Shown: positions 54,361-63,913 of the stretch, piece by piece
How positions within the stretch are numbered: position 1 is the first letter of the stretch
Layout: each line of letters opens with the position of its first letter
Source of the DNA: a virus
Virus record (IMG/VR): IMGVR_UViG_3300020159_001918
Location: 8,201 to 72,200 of that record
Strand: one strand, 5' to 3'
DNA: 64,000 bases
Notes under the pieces: generated by a model
Database searches by the model: none
What the model saw: the letters and a program-made list of their open reading frames with translations, nothing else
What the model was told of the DNA's origin: nothing
Translations under genes and position numbers: made by a program

Positions 54361-54509
54361 ATTTGGTGTTATACTTGAGACTAGGGTGTCGAAGAGTTTA
54401 TTTACACTTGCAAAAGAGAATAAACAAACTCCTTATGAATATTTAAAATCTGTAATAGATGAAAAGTATCAAATTTATTTAAAAGAAAAACTAAATTGGG
54501 ATTCAGATT

Positions 54510-55166
54510 ATGAGTAAGAAAAGTATATTAGACGAGTTATTAAATGAAGATGTTTCATTTAAGCCGAATGAAGAAGAGGATAAGTTATTAACTCCTCTTA
54601 TGGAGGAAATTAATCTTATCTCCAGTCAACAAATTAGACTATTTGTTAGATCAGTTTTACTTCAGGCAAAAACATTTTGGAAAATACCATCTAGCTTTTC
54701 AGGTAAATATCATCCAGCTGATGAGCATGGTAGTGGTGGTAATGTTCTTCATACAAAGAGGGTCGTCAAAGTCTCTAAGGTAATATGTGATTCCTATGGA
54801 TTACTTGCACATGAAAAAGACTTAGTGTATGCAGCATGTCTATTGCATGACGTAACCAAGGGTATAGCTCATGACGATAGTAAAGAAGACTTCTTTTATG
54901 ACCCGATGCATCCGTATACAGTTGGAGCTTTTGTTAAGAAATGTCAAGATAATGATAAAAAGTATGGTTCAGAATCTGCATCTTCTACTCTTTTCTTAGA
55001 TGAAGAAACTGTTCAATCAATACTCAGATTAGTAAGGTGTCACCTTGGTCCATGGTCTCCCATCCCAGAGACTGTACCTAGCACCTATATGGATATGATA
55101 GTGCACCTATCAGACAACGTCGCTTCAAAGCTACATACAATTGTTGAAATTAGTGACAATAAATGA
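54510..55166 (+). CDS. HD-domain hydrolase
   Basis: HTKRVVKVSKVI...ACLLHDVTKG...HPYTVGAF. Confidence 0.75.
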   Translation: MSKKSILDELLNEDVSFKPNEEEDKLLTPLMEEINLISSQQIRLFVRSVLLQAKTFWKIPSSFSGKYHPADEHGSGGNVLHTKRVVKVSKVICDSYGLLAHEKDLVYAACLLHDVTKGIAHDDSKEDFFYDPMHPYTVGAFVKKCQDNDKKYGSESASSTLFLDEETVQSILRLVRCHLGPWSPIPETVPSTYMDMIVHLSDNVASKLHTIVEISDNK

Positions 55167-55336
55167 CAGTAGAAAATCCAGACAAAATGCATGTTAGAGC
55201 GTATATAAATGAATCTTTAGAATTCCTTATTAAAGAATCAATATACTACAGATCTAACAATGAAAATATTTTGGAACACAATCGACTAGTAGCTTGGCAT
55301 ATAGAAATGGATAGTGGTAAAATACATATACCATGA
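55163..55336 (+). CDS. Small hypothetical protein (57 aa)
   Basis: MTVENPDKMHVRAYINESLEFLIKESIYYR...; ATGA overlap with the next gene; below the ORF-track cutoff. Confidence 0.55.
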   Translation: MTVENPDKMHVRAYINESLEFLIKESIYYRSNNENILEHNRLVAWHIEMDSGKIHIP

Positions 55337-56529
55337 AACTTCCTTTAGATAAAGATAAATTTATTTCTCAATGGAAATATGTTGAAGTAGCTAGATACGT
55401 ACCCAATCTAGATAGAGTGATCAGAGACAAGAATGGTGATGATCCAGTTTTCTACGAAATGGAAAACATAGATCAGTACAGACAAAAGTATAATAATGTT
55501 GGACTATATACATCTGTTTGGCATTTTAATGCCGCTGATATAAACAAGGCTATTAGGTTAGGATCATTATATTTTGACTTAGATAGTGAAGATATGAATT
55601 TGTGTTACGAAGAAGCGCAAAGACTATATGGTTATTTGTCTATGTATATTCCGCAAGAATCACTGTTGGTTTATTTTACTGGAAAAAAGGGTTTTCATAT
55701 AGAGTGTGAAGCAATTAGCTTAGGTATTAATCCATCAAACGAACTGCCAAAAGTTTTTAGGTATATAGCAAATAAGCTAAAAGAAGATTTATCTATTTCT
55801 TCAATGGATTTTAGCGTTTACGACATGAGAAGAATGTGGAGACTGCCTGGATCTTTACATCAGGCAACAAAGCTATTCAAGACTCTCCTGCCAAAAGATA
55901 TATTTTTATCTGGAATAGATAAGATTATTACTTACTCAAGTGAGCCACAATTGCTCGATGTAGTTGAACAGTCTTTTGATTTCAAGGCAAATGAATGGTA
56001 TAGGCAGTTCACCTATCAAATGGAAGAAGACAAGAATAAACCAAAAGATATACTGCAGCATTTTAATAAGTTTGGTTCTTCTAACTTAAAGTCTTTTGAT
56101 CAGAATCAAAAAGTATTTGAAAAAGAAACGCTTTGGATAAAGTGTCCATCAATAAAAAGATTACATGAGCAGGCTGAGAATTCTCATTTTTTAGAACATG
56201 AAGCTAGATTATTTTTATGTTCTATATTAACATATAGTGAAGAATCAATTAACTATCTACATGAGATACTGGGTAATTGTGAAGATTATAATCCAAGCAA
56301 ATCACAAGCTCACATAAATGACTGGGTAAGAAGAAGAGAACTAGGCATAGGTGGAAGACCTTACACTTGCGAAAGAGCTAACGCAGTTGGTGTAGGTTGC
56401 GGTAGTTGCTCTCTTGAGAAAAAGAATAAGTGGGTTAAAGTTGGAGATAGATTTATAGAAACCCAAGAGAAATCTTCTCCATCACCAGTTCGATTTGCTT
56501 ACAAGTCTGCAACCAGAAAGGAGGAGTAA
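55333..56529 (+). CDS. Archaeo-eukaryotic-type primase-like protein
   Basis: LYFDLDSED (hDhD), FTGKKGFHIE (sxH), DFSVYDMRRMWRLPGSLH; Cys cluster near C-terminus. Confidence 0.7.
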   Translation: MKLPLDKDKFISQWKYVEVARYVPNLDRVIRDKNGDDPVFYEMENIDQYRQKYNNVGLYTSVWHFNAADINKAIRLGSLYFDLDSEDMNLCYEEAQRLYGYLSMYIPQESLLVYFTGKKGFHIECEAISLGINPSNELPKVFRYIANKLKEDLSISSMDFSVYDMRRMWRLPGSLHQATKLFKTLLPKDIFLSGIDKIITYSSEPQLLDVVEQSFDFKANEWYRQFTYQMEEDKNKPKDILQHFNKFGSSNLKSFDQNQKVFEKETLWIKCPSIKRLHEQAENSHFLEHEARLFLCSILTYSEESINYLHEILGNCEDYNPSKSQAHINDWVRRRELGIGGRPYTCERANAVGVGCGSCSLEKKNKWVKVGDRFIETQEKSSPSPVRFAYKSATRKEE

Positions 56530-56732
56530 TGCATAATGATAATGATGATGTGATAGGCCTGTGCACTGACTGCGGAACGGAACAAACAGATAGGCATATG
56601 CACAATAGTTCTTTTGCTCAAGCCGGACTGCCAGCAGTATGCAAGTATTGCAAAGGTGTAGTAACAGTCTGCTATAGGCGTGATAGAGATAATGTATTGA
56701 ATCAAATAAACACTAAAAGAGGACTTAAGTGA
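56529..56732 (+). CDS. Small zinc-ribbon-like protein
   Basis: LCTDCGTEQ...CKYCKG. Confidence 0.55.
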   Translation: MHNDNDDVIGLCTDCGTEQTDRHMHNSSFAQAGLPAVCKYCKGVVTVCYRRDRDNVLNQINTKRGLK

Positions 56733-59700
56733 AAAACTGGACAAATCTTCATAACCATACCGTATTTTCCATGTTAGATGGTCATGGTAACGTCGAGGAG
56801 TATCTATCAAGGGCTAAGTCTTTGGGTATGAGTGGATTGGCTACAACTGATCACGGCAATATACATTCATGGTTAGATTTTTACGATGCTGGAAACTCAA
56901 TAGGAGTTAAACCAATCTTAGGGTCAGAGCTATATCAAGCTAGAAAAACTAGATTTGACAAAGATGAAGAAGAAAGATCAGGCCCATCTAAAAATGAATG
57001 GGAACAAAGAGGCCCGTATCATATAACCGTATTAGCTAAAAATAATATTGGGTATCATAATATAATTGAAATGTCTTCTAAAGCTTTTACGGAAGGTTTT
57101 TACGTAAAGCCTAGAGTAGATCATGACTTAATATCTCAACACTCTGATGGAATAATAATTTTGTCAGGCTGCTTAAACGGAGAGGTATCTCAGGCTCTCT
57201 TAAGGAATGACTACAACACCGCCCTAAAACACGCAGCGTCGATGCAGGAGATTGTTGGAAAAGAAAACTATTTTATAGAAATACAAAATCATGGAATAGA
57301 TGAACAGATTCAGATTATTCCAGATCTAATAAAAATAGCAAATACAATTGGGGCTAAAGTTGTGCCCTCTGGAGACTGTCACTACGTGCATCAAAACGAT
57401 GCTCATGCGCACGACGTAATGCTATGTGTTGCCACCAACTGTAATGTGCATACACCAAATAGGTTTTCTTTTTCTGGTGATCAATTTTATCTTCAGTCTT
57501 ATGAAGAAATGGCTAAAACTTTTTCAGAAGAACACTTAAAAAACACAATGCACATCAACGATATGATTGATGTAAATCTAAAATTTGGTGAAATACATTT
57601 TCCAAACTTCCCTATACCAACTAAAGAATCTTCAACCGATTATTTTGAAAGGCTAGCTTGGGAAGGTCTAAAAAATAGATATGGTAATCCGCTACCTGAT
57701 CACATCATAGAAAGAGCTAACTATGAAATTAGAGTAGTGAAAGAGATGGGGTTTCCTGAGTACTTCTTAGTCGTATCAGACTTAGTTCGTTGGGCTAAAG
57801 AAAATGACATTAGAGTTGGCTGGGGAAGAGGATCTGCTGCTGGAAGTATTCTCTCTTATGCATTCGATATTACAAATCTAGATCCAATTAAATTTGGTCT
57901 TATGTTTGAAAGATTCTTAGTCGAAGGAAGAAAGTCAATGCCAGATATTGACTTAGACTTTGATGATAGACACAGAGATAAGGTTATTGACTACGCTAGA
58001 ACTAAATATGGTAACGATAAAGTGGCACATATTTGTACGTTTAACAGAACTGGCGCTAGGCAGTCTGTTAGAGACGCAGCTAGAGCCCTAGGTCATGACT
58101 TTACAGTCGGAGATAAGGTAGCTAAGCTAATACCTCCTCCGGTATTAGGTGTTTCTAAGTCATTGAAAGAATGCATGCAGGTGCAGGAGTTTGCAAGCCT
58201 CTATAATACTGATGTTTTATCAAAGGAAATAATAGATACAGCTTTTGGATTAGAAAATCTAGTGAGACAGACTGGTATCCACGCAGCTGGTATTGTTATA
58301 TCCAAAGAAGCTTTAACAAGCTATCTTCCCACAATGCAAAAGGGCGTAGATAAGCCTGTTGTAACTCAGTGGGACATGGGTCGAGTAGAGCAATGCGGCC
58401 TATTGAAGATTGACTTTCTGGGTTTAAGAAACTTAGGCGTGATAGATATTTGCATTAAGTTAGTTAAGCAGCATAGACAAATTACATTAGACGTAAATGA
58501 CATACCAATAGATGATAAAAAGACTTATGATCTATTGTGTCAAGGTAAGGCAATGGGCGTCTTCCAGCTTGAGTCCGCTGGCATGCGCGAATTAATGGTT
58601 CAGATGCAGCCGCAAAACATTCAAGATATAATGGCTCTCATCTCACTGTATCGTCCAGGTCCAATGGGTTCTGGTATGGATAAAGAATATATCGATAGAA
58701 AACATGGAAGAAGTCATGTATCTTATGAACACCCTAAACTAGAAAAAGTTCTTGGACCATCGCTAGGTATTATGCTCTATCAGGAAGATGTTCTTGGCGT
58801 AGCCAGAGAGTTAGCTGGGTTTACTTCTGCCGAAGCTGATGACCTTAGAAAAGTTATCGGTAAAAAACTTATGGATAAAATCGCAATGATTAGAACTAAT
58901 TTCGTAAAAGGTTGCATAGAGCATTCTAATCTAGATGAGGATAAGGCAAATAAAATTTATTCAGATATTGAATACTTCGGTGGTTATGGTTTTAACAGAG
59001 CACACGCCGCAAGCTATGCGATGGTTTCATATATTACAGCATACTTAAAGGCTCACTATACAGCAGAATATATGGCTGCACTTATGTCTTCTGTGGTTGG
59101 CAATAAAGAGAAGTTAGCAGCTTACTTATCTGACTGTAGAAAATTAGATATTGAAGTACTGCCACCTTCTTTAAATAAATCTGGTAAAGACTTTAATGTA
59201 CTTAGTGACTCTCAAGTAATCTTTGGTCTATCTGCAATAAATGGAATTGGTGAATCCATAGCTGAAGCAATCATTTTAGGTAGGGATGAAAAAGATCCTT
59301 ATTCTAGTATTTATGATTTCTTTAGAAGATGTGACCCAGCTACTTTAAAGAAATCTACGCTAGAACATTTAGCCTATGCTGGTGCTCTTGACGAGTTATT
59401 TGCAGTTTCTCATGATGGTGATTTAACAAGAAAAAAAGAATTAGAATTATTAGAAAAAGAAAAAGCTGAACTAGGAATATACGTATCGAAGCATCCCATA
59501 GAGGGCATGTGGACAACAATAGCACCTAATGTAACTGGTGAAATAATAGATATTATAGAAATAAGCAACGGTGCAAATGTTAAAGTTGGCGGAATATTAA
59601 CAGCAGTGAAGAGAATGATAACTAAAAAAGGTCAAAAGATGTTTCGTCTTTTAGTAGAAGATTTATCTGGTGAAATAGAAGTAATCATTTTTCCTAGAGA

Positions 59701-60062
59701 ATCAAAAACTATAAGTGATGATTTTTTTAACGAGGGTGATGTAGTCATTATATCGGGAACAATAAATAGAGAAAACGAAGAGGAGTCTGCAATTGTAAAG
59801 ATGTTCTATAATTCCTGTGAAAAGATAGATACATCTAGGGCAATAGGTAGTAAATCAATTATGTTAGAGGTGAAAGACTTACCTAACTTAGAGGTTGTGC
59901 AGGGTATATATGATATAATTGAAAATGTTAATGGACCCTCTTATGTATATTTAACTTATACAGAAAGTAATAAGAGGGTAACTTTTAAGTTTAAAAAATC
60001 TACTTCATTAAAAATAGAAGAAAAACTACAAAAATATATAAACATACGGAGCTAAGAAATGA
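56729..60062 (+). CDS. dnaE: DNA polymerase III alpha subunit (DnaE-type); 1110 aa if terminal CGGA 60047-60050 is recoded
   Basis: NLHNHTVFSMLDG PHP region, VGWGRGSAAGS, PDIDLDFDDRHRDKVIDY, SLYRPGPMGSGM. Recoded end KYINI-[CGGA]-AKK* places TGA over the next ATG (ATGA). Confidence 0.9.
60047..60050 (+). other. +1 recoding site / four-base codon CGGA at the dnaE C-terminus
   Basis: ...tat ata aac ata CGGA gct aag aaA TGA; target frame has TAA at 60039-60041; recoded stop forms ATGA with ATG 60059. Confidence 0.7.
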
Positions 60063-60427
60063 CACTACCAGGAACATATCAGAATCCATCTACCAAACCA
60101 TGCTGGACATTCTGCTCATCATGTAATAGATGCCAGGATAAGGGCAGATATACTAAATGCAATTCATGTAGCGGCAGGTATGATCCTATGGGCAAGACTG
60201 ATCCACACTCAGAAGATTTTTGCGACTGCAAGAATGGAGTATTAAGATGGAGAACAAAAGAGGGTAAGCTTATTATGACTCGCTTTAAGACAAACCCATT
60301 TAAGGGTCAAGTAAAATATGATAAGAAGTCAGAGGACGAAAGAGATTGGGACTCCTACGTGGCTGATATGCGAGAAAAAATGGATGATCCAAACTGGAAT
60401 CCTATAGGGATATACGAGGAAGACTAA
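60059..60427 (+). CDS. Cys-rich zinc-ribbon-like hypothetical protein
   Basis: CWTFCSSCNRCQDKGRYTKCNSC...FCDCKNG. Confidence 0.6.
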   Translation: MTLPGTYQNPSTKPCWTFCSSCNRCQDKGRYTKCNSCSGRYDPMGKTDPHSEDFCDCKNGVLRWRTKEGKLIMTRFKTNPFKGQVKYDKKSEDERDWDSYVADMREKMDDPNWNPIGIYEED

Positions 60428-60428
60428 T

Positions 60429-60656
60429 ATGATTAAACATGAAATAGGAAGAATGCTACTTAATAACATAGCATTAATAGAATACAATACAGATGAACCT
60501 AGCTATTTTATCCAGTCTGGAGTTGCCGGCTTTAACGCAACAGCTCAAGAGTTATCAGACTTACACGGATTATTGAGTTACTATTTTAATATAGACTCAG
60601 TAAACAATACTGTTATTTCCCTTACAGAAGGAGGAGATGATGTCTTGGCCATATAA
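60429..60656 (+). CDS. Hypothetical protein
   Basis: Complete small ORF. Confidence 0.5.
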   Translation: MIKHEIGRMLLNNIALIEYNTDEPSYFIQSGVAGFNATAQELSDLHGLLSYYFNIDSVNNTVISLTEGGDDVLAI

Positions 60657-60828
60657 CGAAGATGATCAAATGGAATTGGGAACAAGTGGTTGGGCAAATC
60701 TTGGCGAGGGTAGGTACAAAAATATCTACACTGGTAATACCCTTGATGAATTAGGTAATGAATACGATACAAATGGAAATTTAATATTCGAGAACAAAGA
60801 TCCTTACGGGGATGGAATTGAAGACTAA
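60637..60828 (+). CDS. Hypothetical acidic protein
   Basis: Complete small ORF. Confidence 0.45.
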   Translation: MMSWPYNEDDQMELGTSGWANLGEGRYKNIYTGNTLDELGNEYDTNGNLIFENKDPYGDGIED

Positions 60829-61629
60829 TGAAATTAGCTATTAGGAACTTGGAAGATGTAAGTGATTTTGAAAGATTATCTTTAACTGATTTTTCATATT
60901 CAAGAATGGATACATATAAAATGTGTCCTTCGAAATACTTTTATACATATATACAAAAAGAACCACGTCTTTTTGGTGAAGCAGCAGTGCTGGGAAATAT
61001 TGTACACTCCGTATTAGAAGACAATGTAAGTGCAACAGATATGTTGGATTTTACAAAGCTGCAAGAAGCATACACCAATGAGATAACAACTCAAGATCCA
61101 GATAATAAAATTAAACCTGAGTTAATTAATGCAGGGAAAGAAATATTAGATGAGTTCTTTGATCAGTATGCTGAAACTAAATTCGATGTCCTTCATAAAG
61201 AGTATGGTTTTAAATTTGTTCTAGGTAGCTATTTAATATCTGGCTACATAGACAGAATAGATTCTTGGGGTGAAGACGGTGTTAAGATTATAGATTATAA
61301 AACTGGAAAATGGGAAGTATCACCAAAGGATATACCAACTAATCTGCAATTAGGTATCTACGCAATGGCAGTTGATTACCTGTATCCAGATAAGAACATA
61401 TACGCAGAGCTGTATTATCTCAGATCCCGGAAGGCGTAAAGGTCACCTCTTTACTAAAGACGATATTAATAATATTAAAATTAATTTAATATCAACTCTA
61501 GACTCAATCATAAATGATTCAGCATTCTTGCCTACAAAGAATGAGCGCGTCTGCACGTTCTGCGACTTTGCTAAATCTGGTGCTTGTGGAACTGGTGTAT
61601 TTAGAGCTAGAAAACTAGCAAAAGCTTAG
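60828..61629 (+). CDS. RecB/Cas4-like PD-(D/E)XK nuclease, 266 aa; +1 shift at CGGA 61428-61431
   Basis: FSYSRMDTYKMCPSKYFYTYI, LISGYIDRIDSW..VKIIDYKTGKW before the site; CTFCDFAKSGACGTG after it. Both halves are needed for a complete family member. Confidence 0.85.
61428..61431 (+). other. +1 recoding site / four-base codon CGGA
   Basis: ...ctc aga tcc CGGA agg cgt aaa ggt cac...; source frame stops at TAA 61437-61439. Confidence 0.88.
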
Positions 61630-61656
61630 TAATTAATTTAATCCTAGAAAGCAAAA

Positions 61657-61678
61657 AGCCAGGGCGAAAGCCCTGGCT
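61657..61678 (-). terminator. Intrinsic terminator for the minus-strand gene
   Basis: agccagggc-gaaa-gccctggct; on the minus strand the hairpin is followed by TTTTT. Confidence 0.75.
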
Positions 61679-61701
61679 GATTACTCTTTAGGTATTGATT
61701 A

Positions 61702-61875
61702 TTAGAATGCTGATACTGGATTGAGTGCAGCGTCTTCGATGAGATCAAAATCGCTGAATTCACTGACTACCTTGGTGGCTTCAGTGCGTGAGTATCCGAG
61801 TCTACCGAGGTCTGAAATGATCTCTTCGTTAACCTCGATCAACATACTATCAATTACTGTGTTTAATGTATTCAT
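61702..61875 (-). CDS. Small minus-strand protein (57 aa)
   Basis: MNTLNTVIDSMLIEVNEEIISDLGRLGYSRTEATKVVSEFSDFDLIEDAALNPVSAF*; GGAG RBS upstream and terminator downstream, both on the minus strand. Confidence 0.75.
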   Translation of the reverse strand: MNTLNTVIDSMLIEVNEEIISDLGRLGYSRTEATKVVSEFSDFDLIEDAALNPVSAF

Positions 61876-61981
61876 GTTTTTGTACTCCGTTTTCTTGTAT
61901 TTGGTAACCCTTACAGGTTTTTTGTTTTTTTACTTTTTATAATTTATAATGGAGTAGATTAGTTTAGATCTAAAGGATACC

Positions 61982-62540
61982 ATGAAAGAGCTCAACATTG
62001 TCAAGCCGGAGGAATATTTTTTGGAAATTTCTCCATTAAAAAATCATCCAGATTTTAGTAAAATAAAAACCATTATACCAGATCACAATTCCATAGAGAC
62101 TACGAGCGTTAAAAGAGGTAACGCTTACCAGCATACAAAAACTGGGTTTAGGGAAGACCTAGGTTTAACATTGAGATCTAATTGGGAAGCAAATTTTGCA
62201 AGAATTTTAACAGCGTATAAAATCAAGTTTGATTTTGAACCAACTGTTTTTGCGTTTCCAATTAAAAAACGGAACTAAGGGATACACTCCTGATTTCTTC
62301 ATGCAGAAAGATTCTAGTTGGGTAGAACTCAAAGGCTATCTCGATGCAAAGAGTATGACAAAAATAAAAAGATTTAAAAGATATTACGAATCTGAATTTA
62401 ACAAACTCACATTTATTATAAGCAAGTATTCAACTGACGGTAAAAATTTCGCAGCTGAACTAGAAATACCAAGAGTAATCTTCTATGAAGATATTAGAAG
62501 TTTTTACTCTGATAAAATATCAATTTGGGAAGGTAAGTAA
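61982..62540 (+). CDS. PD-(D/E)XK endonuclease (TnsA/T7 endonuclease-I-like), 185 aa; +1 shift at CGGA 62270-62273
   Basis: TLRSNWEANFARIL upstream; KGYTPDFF...SWVELKG downstream. The catalytic motif is assembled only when the frames are joined. Confidence 0.82.
62270..62273 (+). other. +1 recoding site / four-base codon CGGA
   Basis: ...cca att aaa aaa CGGA act aag gga tac act cct gat...; source frame stops at TAA 62276-62278. Confidence 0.9.
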
Positions 62541-62542
62541 TC

Positions 62543-63390
62543 ATGGCAGCATATAAGGAACAGTATTATAATTTAGAAGAGGAGGAAATGCAAGCGCTTA
62601 TAGCCAAAGCTAAAGGCGGAGACGAAAGAGCTAAAAAAGAATTACTAAAAGTTTTTAATAATTTTCTTACAAAATATACAACACTATTATATTACGGTAA
62701 ATACAATCTCAATGACTACGACATAAGAAGGTTCACATCTTTATTTGTAAAGGATTCTTATGTAAGATTTGCTCTTATGAAAAATAAACTTAATCAACCT
62801 GGATACAAGCACGTAAATGAGGTGTTGCGACGGTATAGTATATATGGCAAAAAGATATGGGGAAGAAATAGATGTCAGACAAACCGTAGACATGACGTTC
62901 TTTCAATGTATAGGTAGGTATCAAAGAAAAGATTCCGAAAAAGGACCAATACCATTTAGCCGGGTTCTTGTATAGTTATTTTTTTTATCTTCTTAAAAAG
63001 AATGTTGATACATTCTTAATAGATCAATTAGGGAGAAAAAGTTTTCCTCTTTTAAGTGATGAATCAAGTGACGATGGAGAAGATGGAGCAAAGCAAGTTG
63101 GTTTTAAAGCTCCACCAGAAGAGAGAGAGATGGAAGAATTTCTTTCTACAGAAGACATTAATGAGTTTTGGGTACTTGGTGAAACATGCGCAGAACCGTT
63201 TATATTTCTTTCGGTACAGGAAAGGCAACTACTCAAGTGGCGCTACATAGATGATCTAAGATCTAGTGAGATAAGTAAAAAAATATCAGAACACCCTAAT
63301 ACGGTAAGAGAACATTTAGGTAAAATAAGGGCAAAGGTAACCAATCTTGTGATAGAATCTAAGATGCGAGATGAAATCAACTTCAGATAG
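62543..63390 (+). CDS. Sigma-70-like RNA polymerase sigma factor, 281 aa; two +1 shifts (CGGT 62831-62834, CGGG 62961-62964)
   Basis: Reconstructed middle ...NEVLR-[CGGT]-IVYMAKRYGEEIDVRQTVDMTFFQCIGRYQRKDSEKGPIPFS-[CGGG]-FLYSYFFYLLKK...; region-4-like LSVQERQLLKWRYIDDLRSSEISKKISEHPNTVREHLGKIR. Confidence 0.78.
62831..62834 (+). other. +1 recoding site / four-base codon CGGT
   Basis: ...gtg ttg cga CGGT ata gta tat atg...; target frame stop TAA 62814, source frame stop TAG 62915-62917. Confidence 0.85.
62961..62964 (+). other. +1 recoding site / four-base codon CGGG
   Basis: ...cca ttt agc CGGG ttc ttg tat agt...; target frame stop TAG 62911, source frame stop TAG 62973-62975. Confidence 0.87.
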
Positions 63391-63397
63391 GTAGACA

Positions 63398-63913
63398 ATG
63401 AACCTTCAGTCTTTACAGAAAATGAACGAATTGTTAAAAGATTTTATAGGTCCTCAGATAGAGGAGATTATTTCAGCATATACTACAGATAGCACCAATT
63501 CTTTATATTTCGTATCTATACCAGATGTAGATACGCTAGATTTAGGGATCCATGAAATGGCTTCATTGGTTGCAAGAACTTCAAATGTTTATGGAAGAGT
63601 AGCACGATTAGCTGGCATGGCTAGAGCTCAGTATAAATTAATAGAAGGAAGTTATAAGAAGGTTTATAAGGCAAATAGAGTTGGAAAGAATGAGGCTGAG
63701 CGTGAGGCAAACGCTTTAGAGGCCGCAGAGAGCGAATACACTGCCTTGATAACAGCAGAGGCCATAGTAAACTTAGCTGAGTCTATGGAGCTTGCAGCTA
63801 GGATAGCATCCGAATCTTCTAGGAAGTTAATTGATAAGATACAATCTATGCAGGTAGCTTCTGTCAGGGAAGAAAAAGGATATTTTAATGATAAAGATTT
63901 TAACACCTACTAA
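63398..63913 (+). CDS. Hypothetical helical protein (171 aa)
   Basis: Complete ORF, Ala/Glu-rich helices. Confidence 0.6.
   Translation: MNLQSLQKMNELLKDFIGPQIEEIISAYTTDSTNSLYFVSIPDVDTLDLGIHEMASLVARTSNVYGRVARLAGMARAQYKLIEGSYKKVYKANRVGKNEAEREANALEAAESEYTALITAEAIVNLAESMELAARIASESSRKLIDKIQSMQVASVREEKGYFNDKDFNTY

Noticed and set aside
1391-62964. Frameshifts as sequencing or assembly indels (e.g. a motif-specific basecalling error at CGG)
   Set aside because: Such errors act on the DNA string regardless of reading phase. More than 100 out-of-phase CGG strings show no frame disturbance, while all 11 in-phase ones do, always by +1. Homopolymers, the usual source of error, are also not at the sites.
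1391-62964. Mutational decay / pseudogenes
   Set aside because: All breaks share the same codon and direction, affect essential genes (sigma factor, tail proteins), and downstream frames are fully maintained.
1391-62964. Classical P-site slippage with a hungry CGG A-site
   Set aside because: Preceding codons are diverse and most cannot re-pair in +1; no shared slippery sequence. Left as a weaker alternative.
1391-62964. Reassignment of a stop codon
   Set aside because: Standard stops end the genes cleanly with tight junctions, and reading through TGA/TAA/TAG at the breaks does not enter the correct downstream frame.
241-63906. Long antisense ORFs in the supplied track (e.g. 862..1149, 10176..10502, 34424..34747)
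   Set aside because: They overlap strongly supported plus-strand genes, lack RBS and recognisable domains. The track's 61721..61942 minus-strand call is the wrong frame; the real candidate is 61702..61875.
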